A stretch of DNA of 64,000 nt, from NCBI RefSeq assembly GCF_902713615.1, contig NC_052151.1, positions 85,301,073-85,365,072 on the forward strand. Reading direction: 5' to 3'. Source of the DNA: Scyliorhinus canicula (taxonomy: Eukaryota). This document shows positions 48,801 through 60,800 of the stretch, in pieces. The notes beneath the pieces were generated by a model that was not told the origin of the DNA, made no database searches, and was given only the letters and a program-made list of their open reading frames with translations. A program made the translations under genes and the position numbers. Each line of letters starts with the position of its first letter. Within the stretch, counting starts at the first letter, position 1.

Positions 48801-51800
48801 CAGCCTCAGAGGTACATCCCTGGTCTTGTATTCTAGCCCTCTCGACCTAAATGCTAACGTTGCATTTGCCTTCCTAACTGCTACCTGAACCTGCATGTTA
48901 ACCTTTAGAGAATCTTTGACTAGGCGTCCCAAGTCCCTTTGTGCTTCTGATAAGCCTTTTCCCATTCAGCAAATAGTCTATGCCTCCATTCTTCCTCCCA
49001 AAGTGCATAACCTCTCACCTTTCCACATTGTACTCCATCTGCCCATTCCCCTAACCTGTCCTGGTCCTTCTGCAGCCCCCTGCTTTCTCAATACTACCTG
49101 TTCCTCTGCATATCTTTGTGTCATCTGCAAACTTAGTTACAGTGCCCTCAGTTCTTTCTTCCAGATCCTGAGGCACACACTAACCACCAGCGGCCACCCT
49201 GAAAAATACCCCTTTATCGCCACTCTCTGCCTTCTGCCAGTCAGCCAATCCTCTATCCATGCCAGTATCTTACCCTTAACACCATGGGTTCTTAACTTAT
49301 TTAACAGTCTCCTATACTGCACCTTGTCAAAGGCCTTCTGGAAATCTAAATAGATCATGCCCATTGGTTCATCTTTGTCTAACTTCCTTGTTACATCCTC
49401 AAAGAGCTCTTATCAGATTTGTCAGACATGACCTTGACAAAGCCTTGCTAGCTCAGTCCTATTTTATCATGCACTTCCAGGTACTCTGCAATCTCATCTT
49501 TAATAATGGATTCTAAAATCATACTAATGACCAAAGTCAGACTAACTGGCCTATAATTCCCTGTCTTCTGCCTCCCTCCCTTCTTAAACAGCAGTGTTAC
49601 ATTCACCACTTTTCAGTCCACTGGGACCCTTCCTGCCTCCAATGATTCCTGAAAGATCACCACCAATGCCTGCATAATCTCCTCCGTTATCTCCTTTAGA
49701 ACCCTGGGGTGTAGTCCATCCGGTCCAGGTGATTTATCCACATTCAGACCTTTCAGTTTTCCCAGAACCTTCTCCTTCGTGATGGTCACTACATTTAGCT
49801 CTGCCCCATGACTCCTGAAGTTCTGGTATCCCACGAGTGTCTTTCACCATGTAGACTGATGCAAAGTAACTCTTCAGTTCCTCTTCCATTTTTTTTGTTT
49901 CCTATTACTACTTCTCCAAGCCTCATTTTCCTGTGGTCCAGTGTCTATTCTTGCCCTCACTTACCTTTTATATATTAAAAAAAACTCTTCCTATCTTCTT
50001 TTATATTACTAGCTAACATACTCATATTTCATCTTCCCTCCCCTTGTTGCTTTTTTAGTTGTCCTCTGCTCATTTTAAAGGCTTCCTAATCCTCTGGCTT
50101 CCCACTAATCCTCGCCACATTTTATGCCTTTTATTTTGCTTAATGCTGTCCTTGACTTCCCTCCTTAGCCATGGATGCCTCGTCCTCCCCTTAGCATGTT
50201 TCCTCCTCCTTGGGATGAATTTCTGTTGTGCTTCTTGAATAATCCCCAAAACTCCTGACATTGCTGTTCCATCATCTTCCCTCCTAGGCTTCCCTTCCGA
50301 TCAACTCTGGCCAGCTCCTCCCTCAAGTCTTTGTAGCTATCTTTATTTAATTGTAAAACCACTACATCTGATTCCAGCGTCTTCCTCAAACTGCAGGGTA
50401 AATTCTGTTATATTGTGGTCACTGCTCCCTAAGGGTTCCTTCACCTCAAGTTCCCTAATCAAGTCTGCCTCATTACACATCACCAAATCCAAAATTGCTT
50501 GTTCCTAGAGGGCTCTACCACAAGCTGCTCCAAAAAACATCTCTTAGACATTCCACAAATTGCTTTTCTCGGGATCTGCTACCAACCTCATTTTCCTAGT
50601 CTGCCTGCATATTGAAGTCCCCCATGATTATTGTAATATTGCCTTTTTTACATGCATTTTCTATCTCTTGATTTATTTTCTGCCCCACATCCTGATGACT
50701 GCTAGGGGGCCTGTACATAACTCCCATCAGTGACATTTTTCCTTTGCAATTCCTGAACTCTACCCACACAGATCCTATGCCTTTTGACCCTATATCGCTT
50801 CTGGCTATTGATTTAATTAAATTTCTTACTAACAATTGTTGCTCGTTCTGGATGAGTGTGCTTAACACTCAATTTGGCTCTGTTTCTTGTTCTAAGCTCT
50901 GGAGTCGTCAGGTGCCGTTAAGACACCGCCACAAGCTTCAAGGTGAAGTTCAAAGCAATAAAACCGTACACCAATTAGTAAGTCCAAACAACTAGAGTTT
51001 ATTATAATACAATTATAATAACTACCCATGCACACGCTAAAGGGTTAAACTTACTCCTACCGCTAAACAACTAATACTTATCTCGAAGGAACTGCTGGGT
51101 CAGGGAACAAGGCCTCTCGCTCTGCTCTGGTCCGCAGACTTCAGGTTGTTATCAATTGAAAAGGGGATCAGGAGTGCCTATTTCTGGTAGCGGTCGTCGT
51201 TAGGCACTCACTTGTTGGTGACTGCTGCTCGACGGCTGGTAGGAGACAGGAGACTGAACCATGTGTGGGACCTGCCTTTTATATGTCCCAGGGGATCCGT
51301 GCCCCTTTGGGCGGACTCCTTTACCTGCTTGGAATCGATTGGGTCTCTTCCCGATCGATTATGTTTGAACCCCCCAATCATGGGGCAGTTCCTCAGTCGC
51401 TGGGGCGGTTCTTGGGACTTATTGTTTTGGGCTTCTCTGGCTCCAACGGGTCTGACCTTCCATAGAATGTATCGATCTATGTTTTACTTGCCCTTCGGCC
51501 CAACTTGTCCATGCCGCCCCGTTTTTAACCACTAAAATAATCCCAATTAACCACATTTGGCCCATATCCTTCTATAGACAGCTTTCCCATATATCTATCT
51601 AAATCAGGGGTGGGCAAACTACGGCCCGCGGGCTGCATGCGGCCCGCCAAAGGTCTTTATGCGGCCCACCAAGATCAAGTCATTAATTTTTTTCTTTTTA
51701 AATTTTAAGGTTAATATGGGGGGGCTGTTGGGTTACTGGTATAGGGTGGATACGTTGACTTGAGTAGGGTGATCATTGCTCGGCACAACATGTGTTTAAT

Positions 51801-54800
51801 GTGAAGTTTCTACTTTAAAATATTAATTAATACAAATTAATTGCTTTTTTTTTCTTTAAAAACCTTTTATTTTGGCTATTTTAAATATTAATTATTTTAC
51901 TTAATATACTATGTGGCCCTTTAAAATTGTGAATTTCTGAATGTGGCCCTTGTTCGGAAAAGTTTGCCCACCCCTGATCTAAATGCTTTTTAAAAGACAA
52001 ATTTGTACCCCCTCTACTACTGCCTCTGGTTCCAGACACTATCCACCCTCTGCATGAAAAAACTATCCCTCTGGACATTTTGTATCTCTTCCCTCTTACT
52101 TTAAACCTATGCCCTCTAATTTTAGACTTCCCTACCTTTGGGAAAAGATGTTGACTACCTTATCTGCGCCCTTCGTTATTTTATGGACTTCTATAAGATC
52201 ATCCCTAAGCCTCCCACGCTCCAGGAAAAAAGTCCCAGTCTATCCAGCCTCTCCGTGGGGGCAGAAACAGTTAACATTTTAGGTTTATGACTTTTCATCA
52301 GAGCGGAAAAAAGGGTTTCAAGAATTTTCTGTTTTTAATTTCAGATTTCCAGCATTTGCAATAGTTTGCTTTGGTGTCTCTCTCTCTCAGTTGAATCACT
52401 GTTTCGCTGTTCGCCTTTTCCCCATGTCTGCGTGGGTTTACTCCAGGTGCTCCGGTTTCCTCCCACAAGTCCCGAAAGACATGCTGTTAGGTAATTTGAA
52501 CGTTCTGAATTCTCACTGTGTACCCGAACAGGCGCCGGAATGTGGCGGCTAGGGGATTTTCACAGTAACTTCATTGCAGTGTTAATGTAAGCCTACTTGT
52601 GACACTAATAAAGAAGATTATTCATAGAATTTACAGTGCAGAAGAAGGCTATTTGGCCTTCACCGGCCCTTAGAAAGAGCACCCACGACTCCACCCTAGC
52701 CCAATAACCTCACCTACCCTTTTTGGACACTGAGGGCAATTTATCATGGCCAATCCATGCAATAACCTGCACATCTTTGGACTTGTGGGAGGAAACCGGA
52801 GCGCCCGGAGGAAACTCATGCAGACACAAGGAGAATGTGCAGACTCCGCACAGACAGTGACCCAAGCCGGGAATCGAACCTTGGATCCTGGAGCTGTGAG
52901 GCAACTGTTCTAACCACTGTGCCACCGTGCTGCCGTTGTTATTAAATAGTAATTCTGCTTGTCTGATATCCAGTACTGGGTGACCAGAAATATCCTTCGG
53001 TAAAATATTGGGACTGTGAAAGCCATTGTCTTTAGTCCTTGTTACAAGGTCTTGCTTAACCATGGGTTTTGTACCATCTTGGCAATTATCTGAGGCTGAA
53101 GCAGACTGTATCCTTGGCATAATGCTTGAGCCCTACGACGAACTTATGGTCTTACATCCATGCCACCATTAACACTGCCGGTTCTCTCTCTCTCTCTCTC
53201 TCTGCCCCACCCTCTAATATTACCAGACGCTGCGCTGCCTTGGCTTATCTGCTGCAGAAGCGCTTATCCACACTTTAATTATCTTTAGACTTGACAATTT
53301 AAACACAGCCGCGCACCTTGAGTGTTGCCTCGGAGAGACATAATAGAGTCATAAAACACAGAAAAGGCCCATCGGTAAGTCCTTCCAACATGCCTACGGC
53401 AAGCAGTAATAATAATAATCTTTTATTATTGTCACAAGTAGGCTTACATTAATATTGCAATGAAGTTACTGTGAAAAGTTCCTAGTCGGCACACTCTGGC
53501 GCCTGTTTGGGTACACTGAGGGAAAATTCGGAATGTCCAATTCACCTAACAGCACTTCTTTCTGGACTTGTGGGAGGAAACCAGAGCACCCGGAGGAAAC
53601 CCACGCAGACACGAGAAGAACATGCAGACTCCACACGACGGTGACCAAGCCGGGAATCGAACCTGGGACCTTGGCATTGTGAAGCAACAGTGCTTGCTAA
53701 TCACTGTGTTACCGTGCTGCCCTGGAGCTGCTGGGTCTCCTCGTCAGTCAGAACCTGTCGAGGGCAATTGCAAAACTACTGCAGTTTCTTGCCAAATATA
53801 ACCAAGGACTATAACCAAGATGGATGTTTACGGTTGCCACCGCCCTCTTGTGCATGGTATCTGAAGAGAGAGGGAAATGCCTTTGGACTTTTTTATTACG
53901 TTAAAGATACTCTATAAATAAAAGTGAAGGAGAAGGTGCAGTGCTTTTGTTTGATAGATGTTAAAAAATATATTGTTGGAGCAGCAGATGAATATTTATT
54001 GTGCACCTGGCCTATGTTTATATCTGACTTTAGAATGCTTGATACCATCACTGGTATCTTTATTGATATTAAGTCCCTTCACGGTATCCCCTTCAAATCA
54101 TACGTTACCTTTTGTCTATTTCAGGCTCTCTAAATTAAAAGTGGACTGCTATGCCTTGACAACAATAATTAAGTATTTTTCAGGAGAAGAGACACTCATT
54201 CTTGGGAGTCTTAGTGCCATTCTAGGCATTTGATAGGGTTTGGCCTTCCATTGTCATGAGCTGAAGTTTAGTAAATAGGTCTTGGAAGAAGAGTTTCTTA
54301 AATTGCATTCCATGTACAATCTGGGGTCTTCTGAACATTTAAGATACTTTGGCATTCTCATGTCAAATATAAGTGAATATGGAACTGATATATGCCTTTA
54401 TCAGTAGGTACTACATTTGTGACAGTTCACTTAATTTGTCACAAAAATAGTTAACAATTTGCCATGATTTGTCCTTTTTCTTGTTTGCACTAAAGGGCAT
54501 TTTTATTGTGTGGTTTTTGTGCTTTAATATTTATTATGAGTTGAATTTCAGCCAGTATCGGTCTTTAAATTAAACTGAATTCCATGTAAGTTTTATCTTT
54601 GTGTTTTTGTGAAAATAGTTATGTTAATGGCTCCAATGCATTCCTCATTAATATTTGAGTGAAGAAAATTGCTTTTTATATTCTCTAGATATCCTGATTT
54701 GTTTCATAGATACTGCACTTGATGATGCTCAAATAACATCTATTTTGGAACTTCTAAACATGAGAGTTTAAGTTAATTTACTTAAAAAAGAAAATTATTG

Positions 54801-57800
54801 CTTTATCATATTTCATTTTTCTTTTCATCTTAAGAGCTTTAATACTCGAGAAACTGGTTTGGCATTTGAAGATGGAAGCACCCCTGAAGGAAATAATGAC
54901 AAAAATGAAGGTAACCGAGTCAGTCATGACTAGGGCTCAATACGGAATGAGAACTTGTCGTGGTCCATTTTATACTAATTTTGGATTGGAACGTACTGAT
55001 GCCCACTTTTTAAAGAGTCTTATCTATTCTTCATTTAGATCTATCGATATCTTCCTGTAAAATAGACGTGTATGGTTACTTGAGTGAAAATGTGTCTGTA
55101 CTCCGCTATGATGCCCGGAACTGCCCAATTTCTTAAATAATGTCCATTTAAGAAAGATGACAAAAAATAACATATGAATCAGTGCCTTTAAGGGAGGTGA
55201 TGACAAAATATATCGGTGGAATAGATCAGATTGTATCTCAAATTACCAGTTGGTATTCAGAGTACAACTGAAAATGGTAGACAAAGCGTCACCGGACTCG
55301 AAACGTTAGCTCTTTTCTCTCCCTACAGATGCTGCCAGACCTGCTGAGATTTTCCAGCATTTTCTCTTTCGTTTCAGATTCCAGCATCCGCACTAATTTG
55401 CTTTTATTTTAGATTCACAATCAAAATTGGCAGAGTAAGATGGTATGTTTTCAATAGCCTGTTGAAAACTGACAGCAACTTTGGGATTTAGTGTAGGGAA
55501 AGATTATGATGGAAATCCAGAATGTTCCTGTCTGTCTCTCTCTGTTTTGCCACAGGTGGAACAGAGTCTACACTGTAGACTCCCATTCCCCATCATCTCC
55601 CTCACAAAAACTTTGAGCCAGCAGTCAAGGAAATCAGTTGATGTGATGACAACTTCCCCCTGTTCCACTCTCATTGGAACACCGTAAAATGTTGCACCTT
55701 GTTCAGTCAGGTGTAAGTAGGTTAATAGCGGGTTTCCTCCGGGTGCTCCTGTTTCCTCCCACAAATCCTGCAAGGCACGCTGTTAGGTAATTTGGACATT
55801 CTGAAGTCTCCCTCTGTGTATCTGAACAGGCGCCAGAATGTGGCGACTAGAGGCTTTTCATAGTAACTTCATTGCAGTGTTAATGTAAGCTGACTTGTGA
55901 CAACAAAGATTATTATTATTATTATTAAATGAGTAGTAACTTTGTAGAACAACAACCTGGACCAAAAAAATAATTTTATATTGTTGCAGTGTTTTTAAAT
56001 ATCTCCATTGTGATTTTTTTTCAACTAGTTTCAATTTTTTTCATGCTATTTTAGCTTTAGTATCTATGACCATAAATAGGAGCTGACCCTTTAACCGCTC
56101 TGTCATTCAATCAGATTTAACCCAACTGCTACCTTACGCTAGTTCTCCAATATATGTCCCAATCTTTCTTTCACTCTGTTAAATTAAAAAAAAGTGATTT
56201 AGTACTTTCCATTCCTGGCTAGCGATCTGTGAGAATTAATTAACGTGATTAGCTGATTGATCGACATGATGAGGCGATGGTACTCTGTGCTGGGAATATT
56301 CATTAAGGAATGTTGCAATACTCTTCTTGGCAAGAGAGATAAAGTTCTCATCACAGAGATCATGAGATCTCTCCGTGCCACTGAGCTCAACCCTTGTTTT
56401 GTTGCTGATTGTAAAGTCCAGTTTGTAAATATACAGACAAATGTTTAGTATTTGTAGCAATTATAATTAAAATAAAGTGTTGGGTTTTGTGATAGGGCCA
56501 CTTTCCTTAGTTAAGAATTCTTTTAGAAATGTAATGAGCATGTTTGTCTCTTTCAGGCTCATCCGCAGCTGGTGCTATCTATCCCATCTTTAATACTCCT
56601 TGCACAAGCAGTAAAAGGTACAAACTTATGAATGTGTGTTTCGTATGCATAAGGTTTATGGTATGATATACTACCATATACATAATTCCTGTCTATTGTT
56701 TTTGGGAAGCATTAGTTTTCAGCAGGTTACTAAAGTTGCAGGAACTGGAGACAAATATGAGTGACTAAAACCGAGTATCCTATTGTGCAATTAGGCAATG
56801 TTCTTTCCAGGTTAAATCAATGTAAATAGTGTAAGGTAATGACTATCTATTTGCCTTAGAGAAGCAAAGGCATCTGGGGGTACCCACAACCTGCATTACT
56901 ACTTTTAGTGATCTGTGTTACAAGGCCAAAAAGCAAACATTAACTATCTTAAAATTCAAAGTACTAGGAAGTCTGAAGCTTGCTTCTTAAAATAGACTGA
57001 TGTGCAGACTACTAACGCAATACTAAATATAAAATGGTCATTATACAGTTTGCATGGATTTTTTTCATTCCTTAAACTTCAAATTGTCTGATGTAGCAGG
57101 TGTTGAATTCATTTTCAGGATAGAAGCCTTTTTTATTCGTAGTGTCTATTCAAAGGCGGTATCAAGATTTGTCTAAATACTTCCGGTGGCGGTCATGGAG
57201 GAGTAGGTCTCACATTTGATAGCTCCCGTTTGTGACGGAATTTTTGGACCTTTTCTCCTGTTTTTTCCCCCAATTTTATTGGATAAATCGGTGGAGAGTA
57301 AGACGGTGAGGAGAAATCCCCCACTACTGTATGTAGAATTAGACTAGAAGTGGCCGTGTAAGAAGACAAAGTTCAGCAAGAAAGACGCGGGCAGAACCGG
57401 CCACGCAGGAAAACATGGCAGAGAAGCAGGCCCGCAGGGAGGCGGCACAGTGGTCGACGGAGCAGCTGGTGAAATTTTTTGATGAATGTTTCGCCAAGCT
57501 TAAGAAAGACATGTTGAACCCGATTAAGGTATCAATTGATCAGGTGGCGCAGGGTCAAGAAACTCGTGGGCGTGCGATTCAGGAGGTGGAGAAAAAGGTG
57601 TCTGAGCACGAGAAATATATAACCGTGGTGGAGGCCAAGGTGGAGATGATGAATGACCTCCAGAAAAGAATACAGGAGAAGCTGGAGGACTTGGAGAACA
57701 GATCCAGGAGACAGAACTTGAGAATCGTCAGCCTCCCTGAGAGCAGTGAAGGATCGGGTGTGAGGGCTTATGTGGCAAGCATGTTGGAAAAGTTGATGGG

Positions 57801-60800
57801 GCTGGGGTGTTCCACAGCCCCTGGAAGTGGATATGGACAGGTTAAATGTGATTTGAAACAAACCTGTTCAACCTTAACCTGGTACTGTAAGACTTCTTAT
57901 TGTTTTTTGCTCACCATTGTTTCTCTCTCTTCTCTTCTCTTTCCCCCCACTCCACTTAGGCCAACTGTTCCTAGTTCCCCTTTAGCACACTGCTCAACTT
58001 TGTTCTGTCATTCACATTTTAATCTCTTTAAGTGCCACTATCAGCACCCTTCTTAGCTTTAATCACCTCCATTTACATTCCTTTTGTCTTCTGTCCTCGA
58101 CACCTTTGTCAATCACCGCCTATCGCTGGCCCCCTATCCAGCCCACCACCCCCACCCGCTACAGTATAAATCTGGCTCCTTCTCTCCCCTCAGATGCTGT
58201 CAGACCTGCTGAAATTATCCAGTATTTTCTGTTTTTGTTTCAGATTCCAGCATCTACGATTATTCTATATTTAATGATAGGTGGAAGAATAGCAAATGAC
58301 TAGAGTATGTTAGTGGCAGTTTGGCGGTGAAGAAAAATGAAAACAGCAAAAAAGTTTTGACATTTAAAAGAAAGTCCATGGGCTAGATTCTATGATTGCC
58401 GACACCAAAATCGCATTCGGCAATCGGCCGGAGAATCTGTGTTTACGCTGGAATCGGGCTGCGCAGTTTTTGCAATGTTCCACCCCCTTAAAAAGGGCGC
58501 GCATGCCGAATGGACGGCCTCTGTCATCTGAGGCCTTCTCCTGATGGGCCGAGTCCCCAACGGCATCACAGTCCAGTGCCGCTGCCAAAGTCGGGGGGGG
58601 GGGCAGGGGGAGCCGTTCCCTGGCAGGGGAGAGGGGGGTTCCCGGAAGTGGCAGAGTGCAGTTTTTGGCAGGCTGGGTCCACATGCGGCCGACGCCATGT
58701 TGCACGATGCGGCCCCCTGCATGCATGGCCATGGACCCAGCCATTCAGCAGCCGTATCCGCCGGTAAAGCCAGGGGCTTTACGCTATACAGCTGCTAGCC
58801 CCCCGCCCCCCCCCCCCGGCACGTCTTTGGACTATGGGAGGAAACCAGAAGGAACCCTCGCAGCCATGGGGAGATGAGGAGAATGTGCAGACTCTGCACA
58901 GACGGTGACCCAACAGGGAATCAAACCTAGGACCCTGGCGCTGTAAAGCCACAGTGCTATCTACTTGTGCCGCCGTACTGGCCCCTACCTTACCCTGTGC
59001 TAATTATCTAGTTGCACCATGAAGGTAAGAACAATTTCTGCAAGATAAGTGTCTCACGTGATTTCTTTTCCTTGTTTAGACATGAGCTGTCGAAAGGCGA
59101 GACTACTTTTGTTGGATCAAGTGACCCTTTTGCTGCTGACCCTGGGATGCCCTGCCTTGCACCTCTACAGAAGAACAAAAGAAAAGATTTTGACAAAATA
59201 TTCAGTGACCAGCTTATAATAGTAAGCCTTAGCATGATGTAAAGAGTGCCTGCAAGTGATTTATATTTTCAAATGAGCTAAAATGATAATTTAAGGTACA
59301 TTAAGTTTCTAACAAAGCCAAAGTGAAAACTCTTACATCTTCAGATTTTAAATCAATTTGCAGAAAATCTGCCATCATTTCGTACTTTTAATTGGATCAC
59401 CTGGTATAGTTAAAATAGATTTTAGCTAACATTATATCACACACAGGTTGATGTAGAGCAGAATAACTTTGAAAGAGCTGGTGAATTAAATCATGGCCCA
59501 AATTTGTTGGCTCCCAGAATTCCCATGGAACAATTTCTTTGGGACTGTCGAGGGGTCATGTAATGCTTCATGGGATCTGAGTCCATTTTCTGACCACCTG
59601 GACATGGGAAGATATGAGCCTTTGCCTTTAAAGTTACTGCTCACAGACCTCAAGGTTTTTCACTGGAATTCAAAGTTAAGAGGAAACCTTTCATTATTAA
59701 AAATAGGAAAACATTAATGATTTGCACTGGTGAATGGGTGGCCAGATGGCATAAACTCAGGATTATCATTAGAAGATGAAGGAGTAACTTAATTTTTATA
59801 ATTGGTTAGAAGTAGAAACCCAAGTAGCTATTGTAACAGATCCATAAACCATGTTAAGGAAAAGCGAATGGGTGGGATTCTTTGTTAGCTGATGCCAAAA
59901 TCGGGAAGGGCAATTGGGCGGAGAATCGGTTCTAAATCGCAATACTCCAGCACCTCGACAGTGGTGTCAATACGTCCCGGAACGCACGTACGGTCAACAC
60001 CGTTTGCATATCATTAGCGGGCCCAACCCAATATTCCCCAGGGTCTCCGCCAAATGGGCTGAGTTCCCAACGGTATGGTTCACTTGTGCTTTTAAAAATC
60101 GTGAAACCGGCATGGCGGCTGCTGAAGGAAAGAGAGGGGGTACGAGAAGTGTCCAACATCGTCATAGTTTGCTGACAGTCGTGAGGAAGGGGGGGGGGGG
60201 TTGGCCAGGAGGTGGGTCGGGTGGACAGGTACAGAAAACCATTGCTGCAGCCAGCAAGACAGCCATGCAGCTGCACACACCGCTAACAGCCCACTTTGAA
60301 CGGAGTGTCACAAGTCGTATAGGTGTCTCTCCAGGCCATCCCTCTAGATGCCCTCTGGTCCCAGCCGACCCATTAGCTGGATGGGCGCGCCCCAGCACAA
60401 CCAGTGCCAATTTGTTGTCTGGGATGAGTGTATCTGGGGATTATAATGTGTATGTGCAGCTTGTCAGCCTCCCGAGTATCAATCACGGACCCAACGAATC
60501 CCGCACCGTTTTTCGTTGGAATCGTTTGTGTTCCACGTGGCACCGGTGCTAGTCTCTCCATAGAAGCGAATCGGTCCAGGTGTGGCTCCAGTTTTTGTGT
60601 TGTGAAAATCCATGAATTCTGCGATGACGTCAACACTTAGTCTCAGAAATGGAGAATCCCGCCCAATGTGTTTGAAAAGTTAACAATCTGAGATATTATA
60701 GAAGGGCAAAAATCAGGATTAGAATAGATAGCACCTGCTAATTAGTAAGTAGGAACTCTAGTGCATAGGACCAAATGGCCTCCTCCATGTTGTAATTCCC

